A DNA stretch of 64,000 nucleotides from positions 60,701 to 124,700 of the forward strand of contig JBIJBE010000005.1 of the NCBI GenBank assembly GCA_044345405.1, given 5' to 3'. The translations under genes were made by a program, and so were the position numbers. The notes under the pieces are model-generated. The model did not search any database and had not been told where the DNA came from. It saw only the letters and a program-made list of their open reading frames with translations. Every line of letters starts with the position of its first letter. Within the stretch, counting starts at the first letter, position 1. Source of the stretch: Bdellovibrionota bacterium (lineage in GTDB: Bacteria > Bdellovibrionota_C > UBA2361 > OMII01). This document shows positions 34,015 through 43,383 of this stretch, piece by piece.

Positions 34015-34572
34015 TTAGGCTTCGTCACCCGCTGTCGCGACGATTACCTCGCCGCAGCGGATCAACTTGTCCTTGTAGTAGTAGGGCTTCTTCAGCTCGC
34101 CTACGATCACCCCGGACTCGGTTCCCGGCACTCGGCTGATCGCCGCGTGCTTTTGTGGATCGAACTGGGTTCCCACGCTCGAATCGCCCCGAATCTGCCA
34201 CTTGCCGAGCTTCTCAACGAAGAGCTTGTGGACCATCTCCAAACCAGTTTTGAGGCTGTCTTGGCTCGCCGAGGTGTGGGATAGCGCGAGTTCCAGGTTG
34301 TCCAGGACCTCGAGCATATCGACGACAATCTTCTCTCCTTGGTATTTAAGTAGCTCAGACTGCTCCTTCAAGGCCCGGCGCTTAAAATTTTCAAAATCAG
34401 CGGCGAGTCGAAGGTAGCGGTCCTTCGCGTCGGCGAGCTCGGCCTCAAGGCTCTGCGTTCCGTCGCCGGGCGTGGCCCCCTGTCCTTCATTAGTAACATC
34501 TTGATCTGGCTGGTTATTATCTCCGCCTACATCCATGGCATCGGCCTCTTCTCTTGACTGCTTCTTTGACAT
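34015..34572 (-). CDS. grpE: Nucleotide exchange factor GrpE
   Basis: RLAADFENFKRR, LDNLELA, FDPQKHAA; directly upstream of dnaK; start placed at ATG 34572. Confidence 0.93.
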   Translation of the reverse strand: MSKKQSREEADAMDVGGDNNQPDQDVTNEGQGATPGDGTQSLEAELADAKDRYLRLAADFENFKRRALKEQSELLKYQGEKIVVDMLEVLDNLELALSHTSASQDSLKTGLEMVHKLFVEKLGKWQIRGDSSVGTQFDPQKHAAISRVPGTESGVIVGELKKPYYYKDKLIRCGEVIVATAGDEA

Positions 34573-34707
34573 TCGTGGTCTTCGATTTGTATCGGGTCTC
34601 TCCCTGGCAGCTTGGGTAAAGCTGGAGGTATTCAGAACGATTAAAGGGCGACAACCCTTAAAACTTTCGGACACCGTGTGCTATAAACACTTGCCGAGGC
34701 TTTTTCA

Positions 34708-35346
34708 ATGTCCACCCCTCAAAACGACTCACATATTCCCTCCGAACAGCTAAAAAGAGGCCAAGAGACTTCGGTTCCGGCGATCGTGCTCCGAGTCACC
34801 CCCTTTCGAGAGAGCGACCTTATCGGACACCTCCTCACACCGAGTATGGGAAAGATATCGGTCATAGCGCGCCACGCTCGGGGAAGCCGCAAACGGTTCC
34901 CAAGCTCCCTTGACCTCTTTGACCGTGGCACCGCCCGCCTCACCGTCGAGAAAAGCGGCGCCCTCGGCGTGAAGGAGTTCTCACCTTCGCACTCCCTCGT
35001 TCAGATTCGCCATGACCTCGATAAGCTCACCCTTGCTTCCCTTCTATGCGAAGCGTTCGACCTCGTTATCCCCGAGCACGGCGGGCACGCCACCCCTCAC
35101 CTCTTCGAACTCCTTGATCTCTCACTCAACGCGATCGATGAGGCGACGGATGTGAAAGGAAGCCTTCGAGCGACCTTCATCGCGCTCGCCTCACTGACGC
35201 AAGATAGCGGCATCGCTGATGTATCATCAGCGACACCGGGGAGTCGCGCGCTCTCACACCTGCTCGACACGATCGAGCGATTCTGCGAACGTCGCCTCAT
35301 GACGAGAAGCGCGCTGAAAGAGATTATTAAACGGGCCGCTTCGTAA
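34708..35346 (+). CDS. recO: DNA repair protein RecO
   Basis: AIVLR....ESD....LT...GKI..IARHAR.S.KRF N-terminal OB-fold pattern. Confidence 0.85.
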   Translation: MSTPQNDSHIPSEQLKRGQETSVPAIVLRVTPFRESDLIGHLLTPSMGKISVIARHARGSRKRFPSSLDLFDRGTARLTVEKSGALGVKEFSPSHSLVQIRHDLDKLTLASLLCEAFDLVIPEHGGHATPHLFELLDLSLNAIDEATDVKGSLRATFIALASLTQDSGIADVSSATPGSRALSHLLDTIERFCERRLMTRSALKEIIKRAAS

Positions 35347-35369
35347 GCCTCCCATCAAACAGGAAAGCT

Positions 35370-36167
35370 ATGAGTAAAGAGACCACCTGCCTCGGCGTTA
35401 TACCGGTTCGACTGGAGAGCTCGCGCTTTCCTAACAAGCCACTCAAAGAGATTCACGGCAAGACACTCGTCGAGCGGGTTTGGCTGCAAGCAAGCAAGAG
35501 CCGGTGCGTAACAACACTCGTTGTCGCGACCAACAACGAGGAGATCGCCGCTGAGTGTTTAAAAAAAGGGATGCGTTACGTTATGACGAGCCCCTCGCAC
35601 GAGACAGGAACCGATCGCGTGGCGGAAACGTGCGCCGTTCTCGAAAAAGAGGGGCACTCATTCGATCTCGTCGCAAATATCCAAGGCGATATGCCCTTTG
35701 TTAATCCAACGGTCATCGACAGCGTGATCACCTCACTCGCGCAATCGGACGCTGGCTTCGGTATGGCGACGATCGGGACACCGATCGTGAGCCGGGAAGA
35801 ATTCGAGCGTCCCGCATCCGTGAAGATCGCCCTCGGCGAATCGGGCCGCGCGCTCTACTTCTCCCGCTCCGCCGTTCCGCATTGGAGAAACTTCCCCGGT
35901 GAGTCAGTCGTCTCAGCCGAAAATCCCCTCGGATACAAACACATGGGGCTCTACATCTTTCGTCGAGACACCCTAGCTCGTATCGCGACACTTCCAAAAG
36001 CGTTCACCGAACAACGAGAAGCCCTTGAGCAGCTCCGCGCGCTCGCGCACGGTATCGGCATCAAGGTACATATCGTATCGAGGGACTCGGTAGAGCCGTG
36101 CATTGAGGTCGATACGCCAGAGGACCTCGAGCAGGCGATTCGGTACGCGGAGCTTAAGAAGTTGTAG
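35370..36167 (+). CDS. kdsB: CMP-KDO synthetase
   Basis: IPVRLESSRFPNKPL, GTDR, NIQGD.P, ALYFSRS, LEQLRAL, VDTPEDL. Confidence 0.95.
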   Translation: MSKETTCLGVIPVRLESSRFPNKPLKEIHGKTLVERVWLQASKSRCVTTLVVATNNEEIAAECLKKGMRYVMTSPSHETGTDRVAETCAVLEKEGHSFDLVANIQGDMPFVNPTVIDSVITSLAQSDAGFGMATIGTPIVSREEFERPASVKIALGESGRALYFSRSAVPHWRNFPGESVVSAENPLGYKHMGLYIFRRDTLARIATLPKAFTEQREALEQLRALAHGIGIKVHIVSRDSVEPCIEVDTPEDLEQAIRYAELKKL

Positions 36168-36219
36168 ATCTCCATTCGTGACGGGGGGGCCTCTCATCGA
36201 GAAATCGGAGAGTGATTCT

Positions 36220-36246
36220 GGGTACGTTCACGTTTACGTTTACGTG
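36220..36246. repeat. Hexamer-period tract GGGTACGTTCACGTTTACGTTTACGTG
   Basis: Same unit and same GGGTACG end as the reverse complement of 31855-31888. Confidence 0.65.
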
Positions 36247-36365
36247 AAACATAGGGGTGTTTGTGTAATTAAAAAAGCCAGGTTGTTCAACCTTTTCCCA
36301 TTGATATCGTTGAAGAAGAGATTATTTTAGCCTCCGCAACCGAAGAGTTGGTATCCTAGAGCAGT

Positions 36366-37190
36366 ATGGATATGCGAGATACCTCTAAAGCGAGCACTCC
36401 CCGCGCCGACGCTATCCGAGCATCTTCTGAACTTGATCGATTCCAGCAAGAACTTACGGTCTCAATGAGCCTGCTTGCGCGCTTCGGGGACCCGGTTAAA
36501 GCCGTCCGAACGGCGCATCACAATCCCGGGTTAGCGACCGATGGATTTACCGTAGTTCCCATGAAAGTTCAGCACCACACTTGCGGTTACTTTAAGACTG
36601 AATACGACAGGGGCGCGGTTTGGGCCGCCACAAGTGATTTTGTAAGTAGCAGCCTCGGGGAGGCGATTCGAAACGTCTACCAACACGGGCACAAATTTCA
36701 CCACGTACGAGACACCACACCGATACCTCGAGAGGTACACGGCGTGGTCGCGTTAAAAGAGCTCTCTGTAGTCGGTCCAGACAACAAACCGATAAAGGCT
36801 TTGCTCGCCGCGGTGATGGACGCTGGCCCCGGCATAGAGGATCCGGCCCACTTGATGATCAACGGAATCGGAACCATGGCGCACGGGGGACAGGGCTATG
36901 GCATGGGCATCGAACTCAAACACTCTCTGGTGTACGTTATTCGGTCAGCCAAGGAGGGATGGTTTGTCTTCGATGGGTTTACCTACTCAAAAACCCCCTA
37001 CAATGAGGTCGATCCGTGGTCCCAAGAGGCGAACACGGCTCGAGTGGAACCGGTTGGCACGATCGATCTCCCCTCGCCGGGCATAGGGTGTCAGAAGATA
37101 TTCCTTTGCTCCTTGGAAACCGCGACAGAGGCGGAGAGAAAATGGCTCACGGATCAGATGCTCGCGGCGCTCATGAAGCCGGGTGCTTAA
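36366..37190 (+). CDS. Orphan GHKL/HATPase protein resembling RsbT/anti-sigma Ser/Thr kinases
   Basis: N-box EAIRNVYQHG, G1 box DAGPGIED, G2 box GYGMG; no His-phosphotransfer helix evident. Confidence 0.65.
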   Translation: MDMRDTSKASTPRADAIRASSELDRFQQELTVSMSLLARFGDPVKAVRTAHHNPGLATDGFTVVPMKVQHHTCGYFKTEYDRGAVWAATSDFVSSSLGEAIRNVYQHGHKFHHVRDTTPIPREVHGVVALKELSVVGPDNKPIKALLAAVMDAGPGIEDPAHLMINGIGTMAHGGQGYGMGIELKHSLVYVIRSAKEGWFVFDGFTYSKTPYNEVDPWSQEANTARVEPVGTIDLPSPGIGCQKIFLCSLETATEAERKWLTDQMLAALMKPGA

Positions 37191-37225
37191 CAGCACGATG
37201 CGACTACAAGAGACGATGTCGCAAT

Positions 37226-37255
37226 AAAAAAAGGCGAGCTCTTCAGCTCGCCTTT
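37226..37255. terminator. Terminator between convergent genes (strongest for the minus strand)
   Basis: AAAAAAAGGCGAGCT-CTTC-AGCTCGCCTTT. Confidence 0.8.
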
Positions 37256-37279
37256 CTCATGCATCGCGATGCCAAACCA

Positions 37280-37597
37280 TTAGTGGCACCCACATCCAGT
37301 GCCACACGCCTTCTTCGGCGTGGTTGTAGTGTTTGAGTCCGAAGAGCTTGAGGACTCCGACTTCGATGCCTTTGGCTTCTTTGAGCTTCCTCCAGTCGAC
37401 GATGAGCCAGAGGTATAGTCGGTCTTATACCAACCGCTGCCCTTGAGATGGAACGCGGACGCGGACACAGCCTTGGTCACCGCGTTGGTCTTTCCCTTCT
37501 CCTTGCAGTTTGGGCACTGCTTGAGTGGCTTGTCGCTAAACTTTTGAATTACCTCGAAACGTCCACAATCGGGACACTCATATTCATACAAGGGCAT
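37280..37597 (-). CDS. FmdB-family zinc-ribbon protein
   Basis: MPLYEYECPDCG...CPNC...FHLKGSGWYKTDY. Confidence 0.9.
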   Translation of the reverse strand: MPLYEYECPDCGRFEVIQKFSDKPLKQCPNCKEKGKTNAVTKAVSASAFHLKGSGWYKTDYTSGSSSTGGSSKKPKASKSESSSSSDSNTTTTPKKACGTGCGCH

Positions 37598-37735
37598 ACG
37601 ACTCTCACCGTGAAAGAAAACGTACTCTAAGTATAACGAGATAGGAGGCACTTGTCGCCTCTCTCCCCGTCTTTTGAGCCCCCTTTAAAGAAAGGAGACT
37701 CTCAGATGTTTGGATAGTCATCCTCGCCTATAATT

Positions 37736-38050
37736 TCAACTACCCTGTGGGTTTTCAAGCACTTGGAGGACTTTTTCGGTCGAAATCCCCCTAAGAAGCA
37801 CGGCTTTTCGCTTTGAGGCCTCCCCTCGAACAAGCTCTATATCCCTTCCCGGAATACCGAGGAGCTCCTTGAGAAAGGACACGAGTTCCTCATTTGCTCT
37901 ACCTTCTATGGGAGGCGCGGCTAGGGATATCTTCGGATAGCCGCCATGAAAGCCAACAAACTTTGAGCGTCTCGCCCGAGGAGCGACAGCGACCTCAAGG
38001 ATCAGACCCTCGTTTGAGGGACGCAGAAATGGAGGTGCAGGACTCGTCAC
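37736..38050 (-). CDS. DUF167/YggU family protein
   Basis: V.PRA...APPIEGRANEEL...G..S..K. Confidence 0.85.
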   Translation of the reverse strand: MTSPAPPFLRPSNEGLILEVAVAPRARRSKFVGFHGGYPKISLAAPPIEGRANEELVSFLKELLGIPGRDIELVRGEASKRKAVLLRGISTEKVLQVLENPQGS

Positions 38051-38099
38051 GCCCTGGAGACTACACCACGAGGGATACTCCAGGAATGGGGCCCGAAGC

Positions 38100-38759
38100 C
38101 TACACGGATACTACGATCTCATTCTTCACCTGCGTTACTCCGGGAGCCATCCATGCGGCGTTCTCCGCCTCTTTGCGCTCAGCCCAGGAGCGAACACTTC
38201 CCCGCAAGGTAACGGTGCTATCGGTCGCGTCGACCTCAATGTTACGGGATTCAAGTTCGGCGTACCGATGAAGCGCCGCTTTAATCTCGTGCTTCACCTC
38301 TCGCGATTTGATGTGAGGCGATACCGAGATACGATTCGTCACGCCCTTCACTCCAAGCAGCTCTTCTACGACTTTTTCGGCCGCCTCTCGTTGGTAGTTC
38401 CACTCCACATTCCCCTCAAGAGTAACCCATCCCTTACTCACCGATACCTTAATATGCTCATCTGGTACCGACGAACTCCATTTAAGCGCGTTCAGCGCCG
38501 TGGTCGCGACGCCAGCGTCGGTCTTCTCAACCGCGCTTGGAAGCTGCACGTCGATATCATTCGCCACGGCGCGCACGCCCGCGACACGTTTTGTGATCCG
38601 CTCCGCGGTCTGTTTCTGAAAGTAACTCGGCACCGCGCCCGTGAGGGTTACGACGCCACCAGATGTCGCGACCCCGATCTTTGAGGCGTCGATACTCGGA
38701 TCCCAACGGAGATCTTCCATCACATCGTGCTGCAGATCTTTGTCATTCTTGATGGTCAT
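38100..38759 (-). CDS. Triple-BON domain protein (OsmY-like, no signal peptide)
   Basis: Three repeats of VTL.G.V...GV..V.N.I. Confidence 0.88.
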   Translation of the reverse strand: MTIKNDKDLQHDVMEDLRWDPSIDASKIGVATSGGVVTLTGAVPSYFQKQTAERITKRVAGVRAVANDIDVQLPSAVEKTDAGVATTALNALKWSSSVPDEHIKVSVSKGWVTLEGNVEWNYQREAAEKVVEELLGVKGVTNRISVSPHIKSREVKHEIKAALHRYAELESRNIEVDATDSTVTLRGSVRSWAERKEAENAAWMAPGVTQVKNEIVVSV

Positions 38760-38785
38760 CGCCCAATCCTCCCAGGGTTAACACG

Positions 38786-39139
38786 TTACGGAGCTGAAAG
38801 TAGAAGCGGGTCCATGAACCGCACGGTCTCACGCCCACCACCTTGGGTAACAACCTCAACCAAGGTCAACTCACGCCCAAAGCCTTCGATCGAAACTGAT
38901 TGGGGAGCGGCAATGACGTGCTCCTGCTGCTCACATGACACGATTAACGCGTCATCGTGCGGATCATAGGTCACTCCATGAAGCTGCCACAGACGACTCT
39001 GATGCTGAGGTCCGTTTCCGGATGAGAGGGTGATGTCTACACCCCTTCCTTGCAACGTGTCCGACATCTGGTCGAAGAACGTTCTCCACTTCTCTTTCGG
39101 TAATCCCCGCTTACTTGACTCAACCATTGCGCTCTCCAT
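38786..39139 (-). CDS. DUF5335-like small protein
   Basis: W..FFD..S...L.GVTYDPHDD...H.I..P pattern. Confidence 0.6.
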   Translation of the reverse strand: MESAMVESSKRGLPKEKWRTFFDQMSDTLQGRGVDITLSSGNGPQHQSRLWQLHGVTYDPHDDALIVSCEQQEHVIAAPQSVSIEGFGRELTLVEVVTQGGGRETVRFMDPLLLSAP

Positions 39140-39573
39140 TAGACAGCGAGCTTCTCTCGCGCGACCTTTAAAATATCCTCGTAGCTTATGATTCCCTTAA
39201 GTTGTCCAAGCTCATCGGCGACAACGATCGCGCCCACTTTGTTCTCGAGCATGAGGTCGATGACATCGACGATATCGGCGCTCGCGTCGACGGCAAGCGG
39301 CTTTACCTGCATCACTTCGCGAATGGAGATGTTTTTTCGCCTAATACCTTCATCCGTCTCTTGAGAGGATTCGTAGAGCTCCTCTAAGAATCCCCGAAGG
39401 TCCCGTTCGCTCAAGATTCCAACGACCTCGTTGTGCTCGACTACTGGTAGATGTCGAATATTGTGCTCATGCATGAGGCTTGCGGCGTCCATGAGAGAGG
39501 ACGCACCGCCGAGAGATAGCACCTTCCTCTCCATAATCTCTGAAGCTTCCATAGACCTCTCCCGCACGAGCAC
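39139..39573 (-). CDS. CBS-pair protein
   Basis: IRHLPVV...GILSERDL and VGAIVV...GIISYEDI; start possibly at the second Met. Confidence 0.88.
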   Translation of the reverse strand: MLVRERSMEASEIMERKVLSLGGASSLMDAASLMHEHNIRHLPVVEHNEVVGILSERDLRGFLEELYESSQETDEGIRRKNISIREVMQVKPLAVDASADIVDVIDLMLENKVGAIVVADELGQLKGIISYEDILKVAREKLAV

Positions 39574-39645
39574 GGTGCCGAAACCGTATCCGTTACTAAA
39601 GGAGATACATCAAAGAGAGGTCGAGGGAGCATGATAGGGAGCAGA

Positions 39646-39837
39646 GGGAGGGCGACCGTCCTCCCCTTCGCCAAGGCTTCGGGGGACATGCCGGTCGCCG
39701 CAATGTTGCGAATCGCCGCCAATCGTCGCCTAACGTAACGCGACGGTCAGGAATGACCGCCCTCCCGGATCACGGGCTCGCACCACGGGAGGGCGACCGT
39801 CCTCCCTCGGCGTTGCTCGGGACAGGTCGGTCGCCGA
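39646..39837. repeat. REP/BIME-like cluster 4 (3 copies, two with loop insertions)
   Basis: Copies at 39646-39699, 39741-39766 and 39787-39837. Confidence 0.85.
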
Positions 39838-39870
39838 AATGTCACGGATAAAATCCAACGAACGCCGCGG

Positions 39871-40584
39871 CTAATCTCGCTCCCCAAAAATCGCCGTTCC
39901 CACCCGCACGACGTCAGCACCTTCCTCTATCGCGACGTCGAAGTCATCCGACATCCCCATGCTGAGAAGAATGGTCGTATTTTGGAAGATACGCGCCCGA
40001 CCTTCCGCAATCAGACGGTCCCGCAACGCAGCCATCGCCTTAAAATGCGGCCGACTAGCCTCAGGATTTTCGTCGTACGGGAGGATAGTCATAAGCCCCT
40101 CAACGCTGATGTCGTTCGCGAGCCGTTCGCAGGCACTCAAAGCTTCCGATAGCTCATCAGGTGTAAATCCACTCTTCTTCTCATCGGCTCCGATATTAAC
40201 TTGTAGCAGAATACGTTGGCGCTTATTGATGCGAGCGGCCTCCTTCGCGACCAGTTCAAGTACCTTGAGTGAGTGCACTGACTCAATCACGTCACAAAGA
40301 CCCACAGCGTCCCGTACCTTATTGCTCTGCAGAGGGCCGATCATGTGAAGCTCAGCATCCGCCGCCACATGGGGTCGCTTCTCTTTGATCTCTTGAAGAT
40401 AGTTTTCACCGAACACGACCGGTAGCGCCATTCGACCCGCGGCAACGGCGTACTCACGCATCGCCTCGATCGTTTTGGTTTTGCTCACCGCGACGAGCGT
40501 TACGCTACCGGGATTGCGTCCCACCCTCCCGGCGGCGCTGTGGAGCCTCTGACGCACCTCCTGCAACCGCGCTTCGATGGACAC
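39871..40584 (-). CDS. yggS: PLP homeostasis protein YggS
   Basis: VAVSKT, FGENYLQE, HMIGPLQSNK, LSMGMSDDF..AIEEG...VRVGTAIFG. Confidence 0.95.
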   Translation of the reverse strand: MSIEARLQEVRQRLHSAAGRVGRNPGSVTLVAVSKTKTIEAMREYAVAAGRMALPVVFGENYLQEIKEKRPHVAADAELHMIGPLQSNKVRDAVGLCDVIESVHSLKVLELVAKEAARINKRQRILLQVNIGADEKKSGFTPDELSEALSACERLANDISVEGLMTILPYDENPEASRPHFKAMAALRDRLIAEGRARIFQNTTILLSMGMSDDFDVAIEEGADVVRVGTAIFGERD

Positions 40585-41174
40585 TACGCCCCCTGCTCTC
40601 GATGAGCGCCGAGCGCGACGAGCTCAACCATGAGCGCCGAGATATTAAGTCCAACGACGTTGGAGTAAGATCCATGAACGGTATCAACGAACTGCAACCC
40701 GAGCCCCTGGATCGCGTACGATCCAGCCTTATCCATGGGCTCTCCGGAACGAACGTACCGCGCGATAACCTCATCACTCATGGGAGCCATCGTAACCTTT
40801 GTGGCGTGAGACCACCGCTTCTCAAGACCGAGCGAGCGGTTGATGATAGCGATTCCACCGAGCACCTCGTGTGTTCGTCCCTGAATCTTTCGAAGCATCG
40901 AACACGCGTCCTCGAACGACTCCGGCTTTCCCAGCACCTCGCCATCGATACATACCGTGGTGTCAGCGCCGATAACATAAGCGTTCGGATGTTGATCAGC
41001 AACGACCGCGGCTTTCACCACCGCTAGGCGTTCAACCATCTCTTGCGCCGACTCCCCTGGGATCGGGGTCTCATCACATCCAGAGACAAGTATAGCGAAT
41101 GAAACACCCGCTTGAGAGAGCAACTCCTTTCGTCGAGGCGATGATGAAGCAAGGATGATCGAGGAGGTTTCCAT
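40584..41174 (-). CDS. maf: Maf-family nucleotide pyrophosphatase
   Basis: ILASSSPRR, GADT, LGKP, DKAGSY, NVVGL. Confidence 0.95.
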   Translation of the reverse strand: METSSIILASSSPRRKELLSQAGVSFAILVSGCDETPIPGESAQEMVERLAVVKAAVVADQHPNAYVIGADTTVCIDGEVLGKPESFEDACSMLRKIQGRTHEVLGGIAIINRSLGLEKRWSHATKVTMAPMSDEVIARYVRSGEPMDKAGSYAIQGLGLQFVDTVHGSYSNVVGLNISALMVELVALGAHREQGA

Positions 41175-41183
41175 CGAGATAAT

Positions 41184-41594
41184 TTACCCCTTCTTGAAAG
41201 CTTTTCGAAGCACACCAACTAAGGTCAACAGAAGCGCTTGATGAAGCGACCCATGCTGATGCGCCTCAAGCTCATCATTGAACTGCGCTTCGACCACCCA
41301 ATCCCGTTGGTCGATCCGCCTACATGAAACGCAAGGCACGCCTCGGCGCTCCAAGATCTCCACCACCTCATCAACTGAAGGGATCCAGAAAAAGTGATTC
41401 GTATGCTCAGTCGGCAATGCGCTCACCGTTCCGGCGGTAAGCGAAAGGAGCTTCAAACTAGGAAGCACCTGAAACTCCTCGAATCCAAGATCCGCGAATC
41501 CACGCGCTACGATATCACCGGGCTCAAAGCGGGGCTCAAGCCCCCACTGTTTCGCCTCGGAGCACACCGCGAACTGTTCACGAGAGAACCACAT
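41184..41594 (-). CDS. Hypothetical protein
   Basis: Fits tightly between guaB and maf on the same strand. Confidence 0.65.
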   Translation of the reverse strand: MWFSREQFAVCSEAKQWGLEPRFEPGDIVARGFADLGFEEFQVLPSLKLLSLTAGTVSALPTEHTNHFFWIPSVDEVVEILERRGVPCVSCRRIDQRDWVVEAQFNDELEAHQHGSLHQALLLTLVGVLRKAFKKG

Positions 41595-41600
41595 CGTTCA

Positions 41601-43115
41601 CTAATCCTCATTTGGCTTCATACGGTCGAGCATCTCAACCGTTGAGGTACCACCCTCAACCACAGTCATCTCAGAGACCCTCGTCAAACGAGCCTTCTCG
41701 TGGAACTCCTTCACCGAAAGGACACCCACGTTACACATCGTTGACTTAAGCTTCACTAATGACACATCCACTTTATCGGAGAGCGGCCCACTGTACGGAA
41801 CGTACGCGTCAACGCCCTCTTCAAAGATGAGGTGCGCCGCGTCGCTCTGCTTGTATCGCTGCCAGTTACGAGCTCGGTTCGATCCCTCGCCCCAGTAGGG
41901 CTTGTAGAGACGTCCGCGGTAGCTGATCTTGGCCGTTGGGCTCTCTTCGGTCATCGCGAAGTACTTACCCATCATCACGAGGTCAGCGCCCATCGCGAGC
42001 GCGACGATCACTTGGGTGTCAGAGTTAAGACCTCCATCGGAGCAGATCGGAACGTACACCCCTGTCTCCTTGAGATACTCATCACGAGCTTTGGCGACAT
42101 CCATAATGGCGCTCGCTTGGCCTCGACCGATTCCCTTCTGCTCACGGGTGATACAGATAGAACCACCACCGATGCCCACCTTTACGAAGTCAACCTGGGC
42201 ATGCTCAGCCATGTAACGGAACGCGTCAGCGGAAACGATATTACCGCCACCGATAACGAGTGACTCTCCGTACTTCTTGCGAAGCTCAACGGCGGCTTTT
42301 GCTTGCCACTCGCTATATCCGTCAGAGGAATCAAGACACACGCAGTCGACACCAGCCTCGATCAGAGCGGCTGTTCGCTCCATGTAATCATACGTATTGA
42401 GCGCGGCGCCAACGAAGAGTCGCTTACGACCATCAGTCAATTCATCCGGATAGGAGTGGTGATCGTAGTAGTCTTTGCGGAACACGAGCGATTTAAGATT
42501 CCCGCTCTTATCAACGATTGGGAGACACTCCTTCTTATTCTTCCACAAAAGATTTGTAGCTTCCTGAAGGCTCACCCCCTCCTCAGCCAGCACAAGTCGC
42601 TCAAGTGGTGTGTAGAACCCCTTCACACACTGCGAGAGGTCGTCTTTGTATTCCCAGAAATCCTTACTTGTCAGGATGCCGAGCAATTTAGAATTTCGCT
42701 CACCGTTCTCTGTAATAGCGATCGTTGAGTGTCCCGTCCGACGACGAAGCTTGAGCGCGTCCTCTAAGGTCGCGGTTGGCGCTAGATTTGAATCGGACTC
42801 AACGAAGCCCGCCTTGTGCTCCTTGACCTCCTTCACCATCCGAGCTTGCGACTCAATGGACTGCGAACAGAAGACGAACGCGCTACCACCCTTTCGAGCG
42901 AGTGCGATAGCGAGCTCAGGGCCCGACACCGCCTGCATCGCGGCGGACACGAACGGCACGTTGAGGTGAGCCTTCATCTCCTCCTTCCCCGGGCGGTACC
43001 GCTGAATCGGGGTCTTGAGGGATACGTTCTGTGGTACGTGCTGCTGGGTAGTGAGGCCGGGCAGAAGTAGGTATTCGTGAAATGTATGGGAGATATCGTC
43101 GATGATGATTGCCAT
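41601..43115 (-). CDS. guaB: IMP dehydrogenase with CBS pair
   Basis: SAAMQAV, KVGIGGGSICITR (catalytic Cys), SDGG, YWGEGS, EEGV; GGAGG SD. Confidence 0.93.
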   Translation of the reverse strand: MAIIIDDISHTFHEYLLLPGLTTQQHVPQNVSLKTPIQRYRPGKEEMKAHLNVPFVSAAMQAVSGPELAIALARKGGSAFVFCSQSIESQARMVKEVKEHKAGFVESDSNLAPTATLEDALKLRRRTGHSTIAITENGERNSKLLGILTSKDFWEYKDDLSQCVKGFYTPLERLVLAEEGVSLQEATNLLWKNKKECLPIVDKSGNLKSLVFRKDYYDHHSYPDELTDGRKRLFVGAALNTYDYMERTAALIEAGVDCVCLDSSDGYSEWQAKAAVELRKKYGESLVIGGGNIVSADAFRYMAEHAQVDFVKVGIGGGSICITREQKGIGRGQASAIMDVAKARDEYLKETGVYVPICSDGGLNSDTQVIVALAMGADLVMMGKYFAMTEESPTAKISYRGRLYKPYWGEGSNRARNWQRYKQSDAAHLIFEEGVDAYVPYSGPLSDKVDVSLVKLKSTMCNVGVLSVKEFHEKARLTRVSEMTVVEGGTSTVEMLDRMKPNED

Positions 43116-43383
43116 AAGACCTCCAATCGATTGGTGAAAGAGCCCTGGCTTGGGGTTGACGAAGGCTACATCAGGATGGGGTTTGGATCAAAGGGGCTTC
43201 GGGGCCGGAGACCTTTCAGCACGCCGGTCTCCGTGAGGGAGTAGGACATGTGCAACTCCCAGGTATCTCTCAGAAAGAGAGCACCGTCTCAGACTTCGCC
43301 CCCACGAATGGTCGACAGATACCAGAAAAGTGCCTCCTTCCGAGGTTACGCACAGATAGGAATGCTATCGAGCTGGATTCCCC

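Noticed and set aside
43116-43383. Purine riboswitch upstream of guaB
   Set aside because: One hairpin near 43203-43232, but no recognisable purine-riboswitch core.
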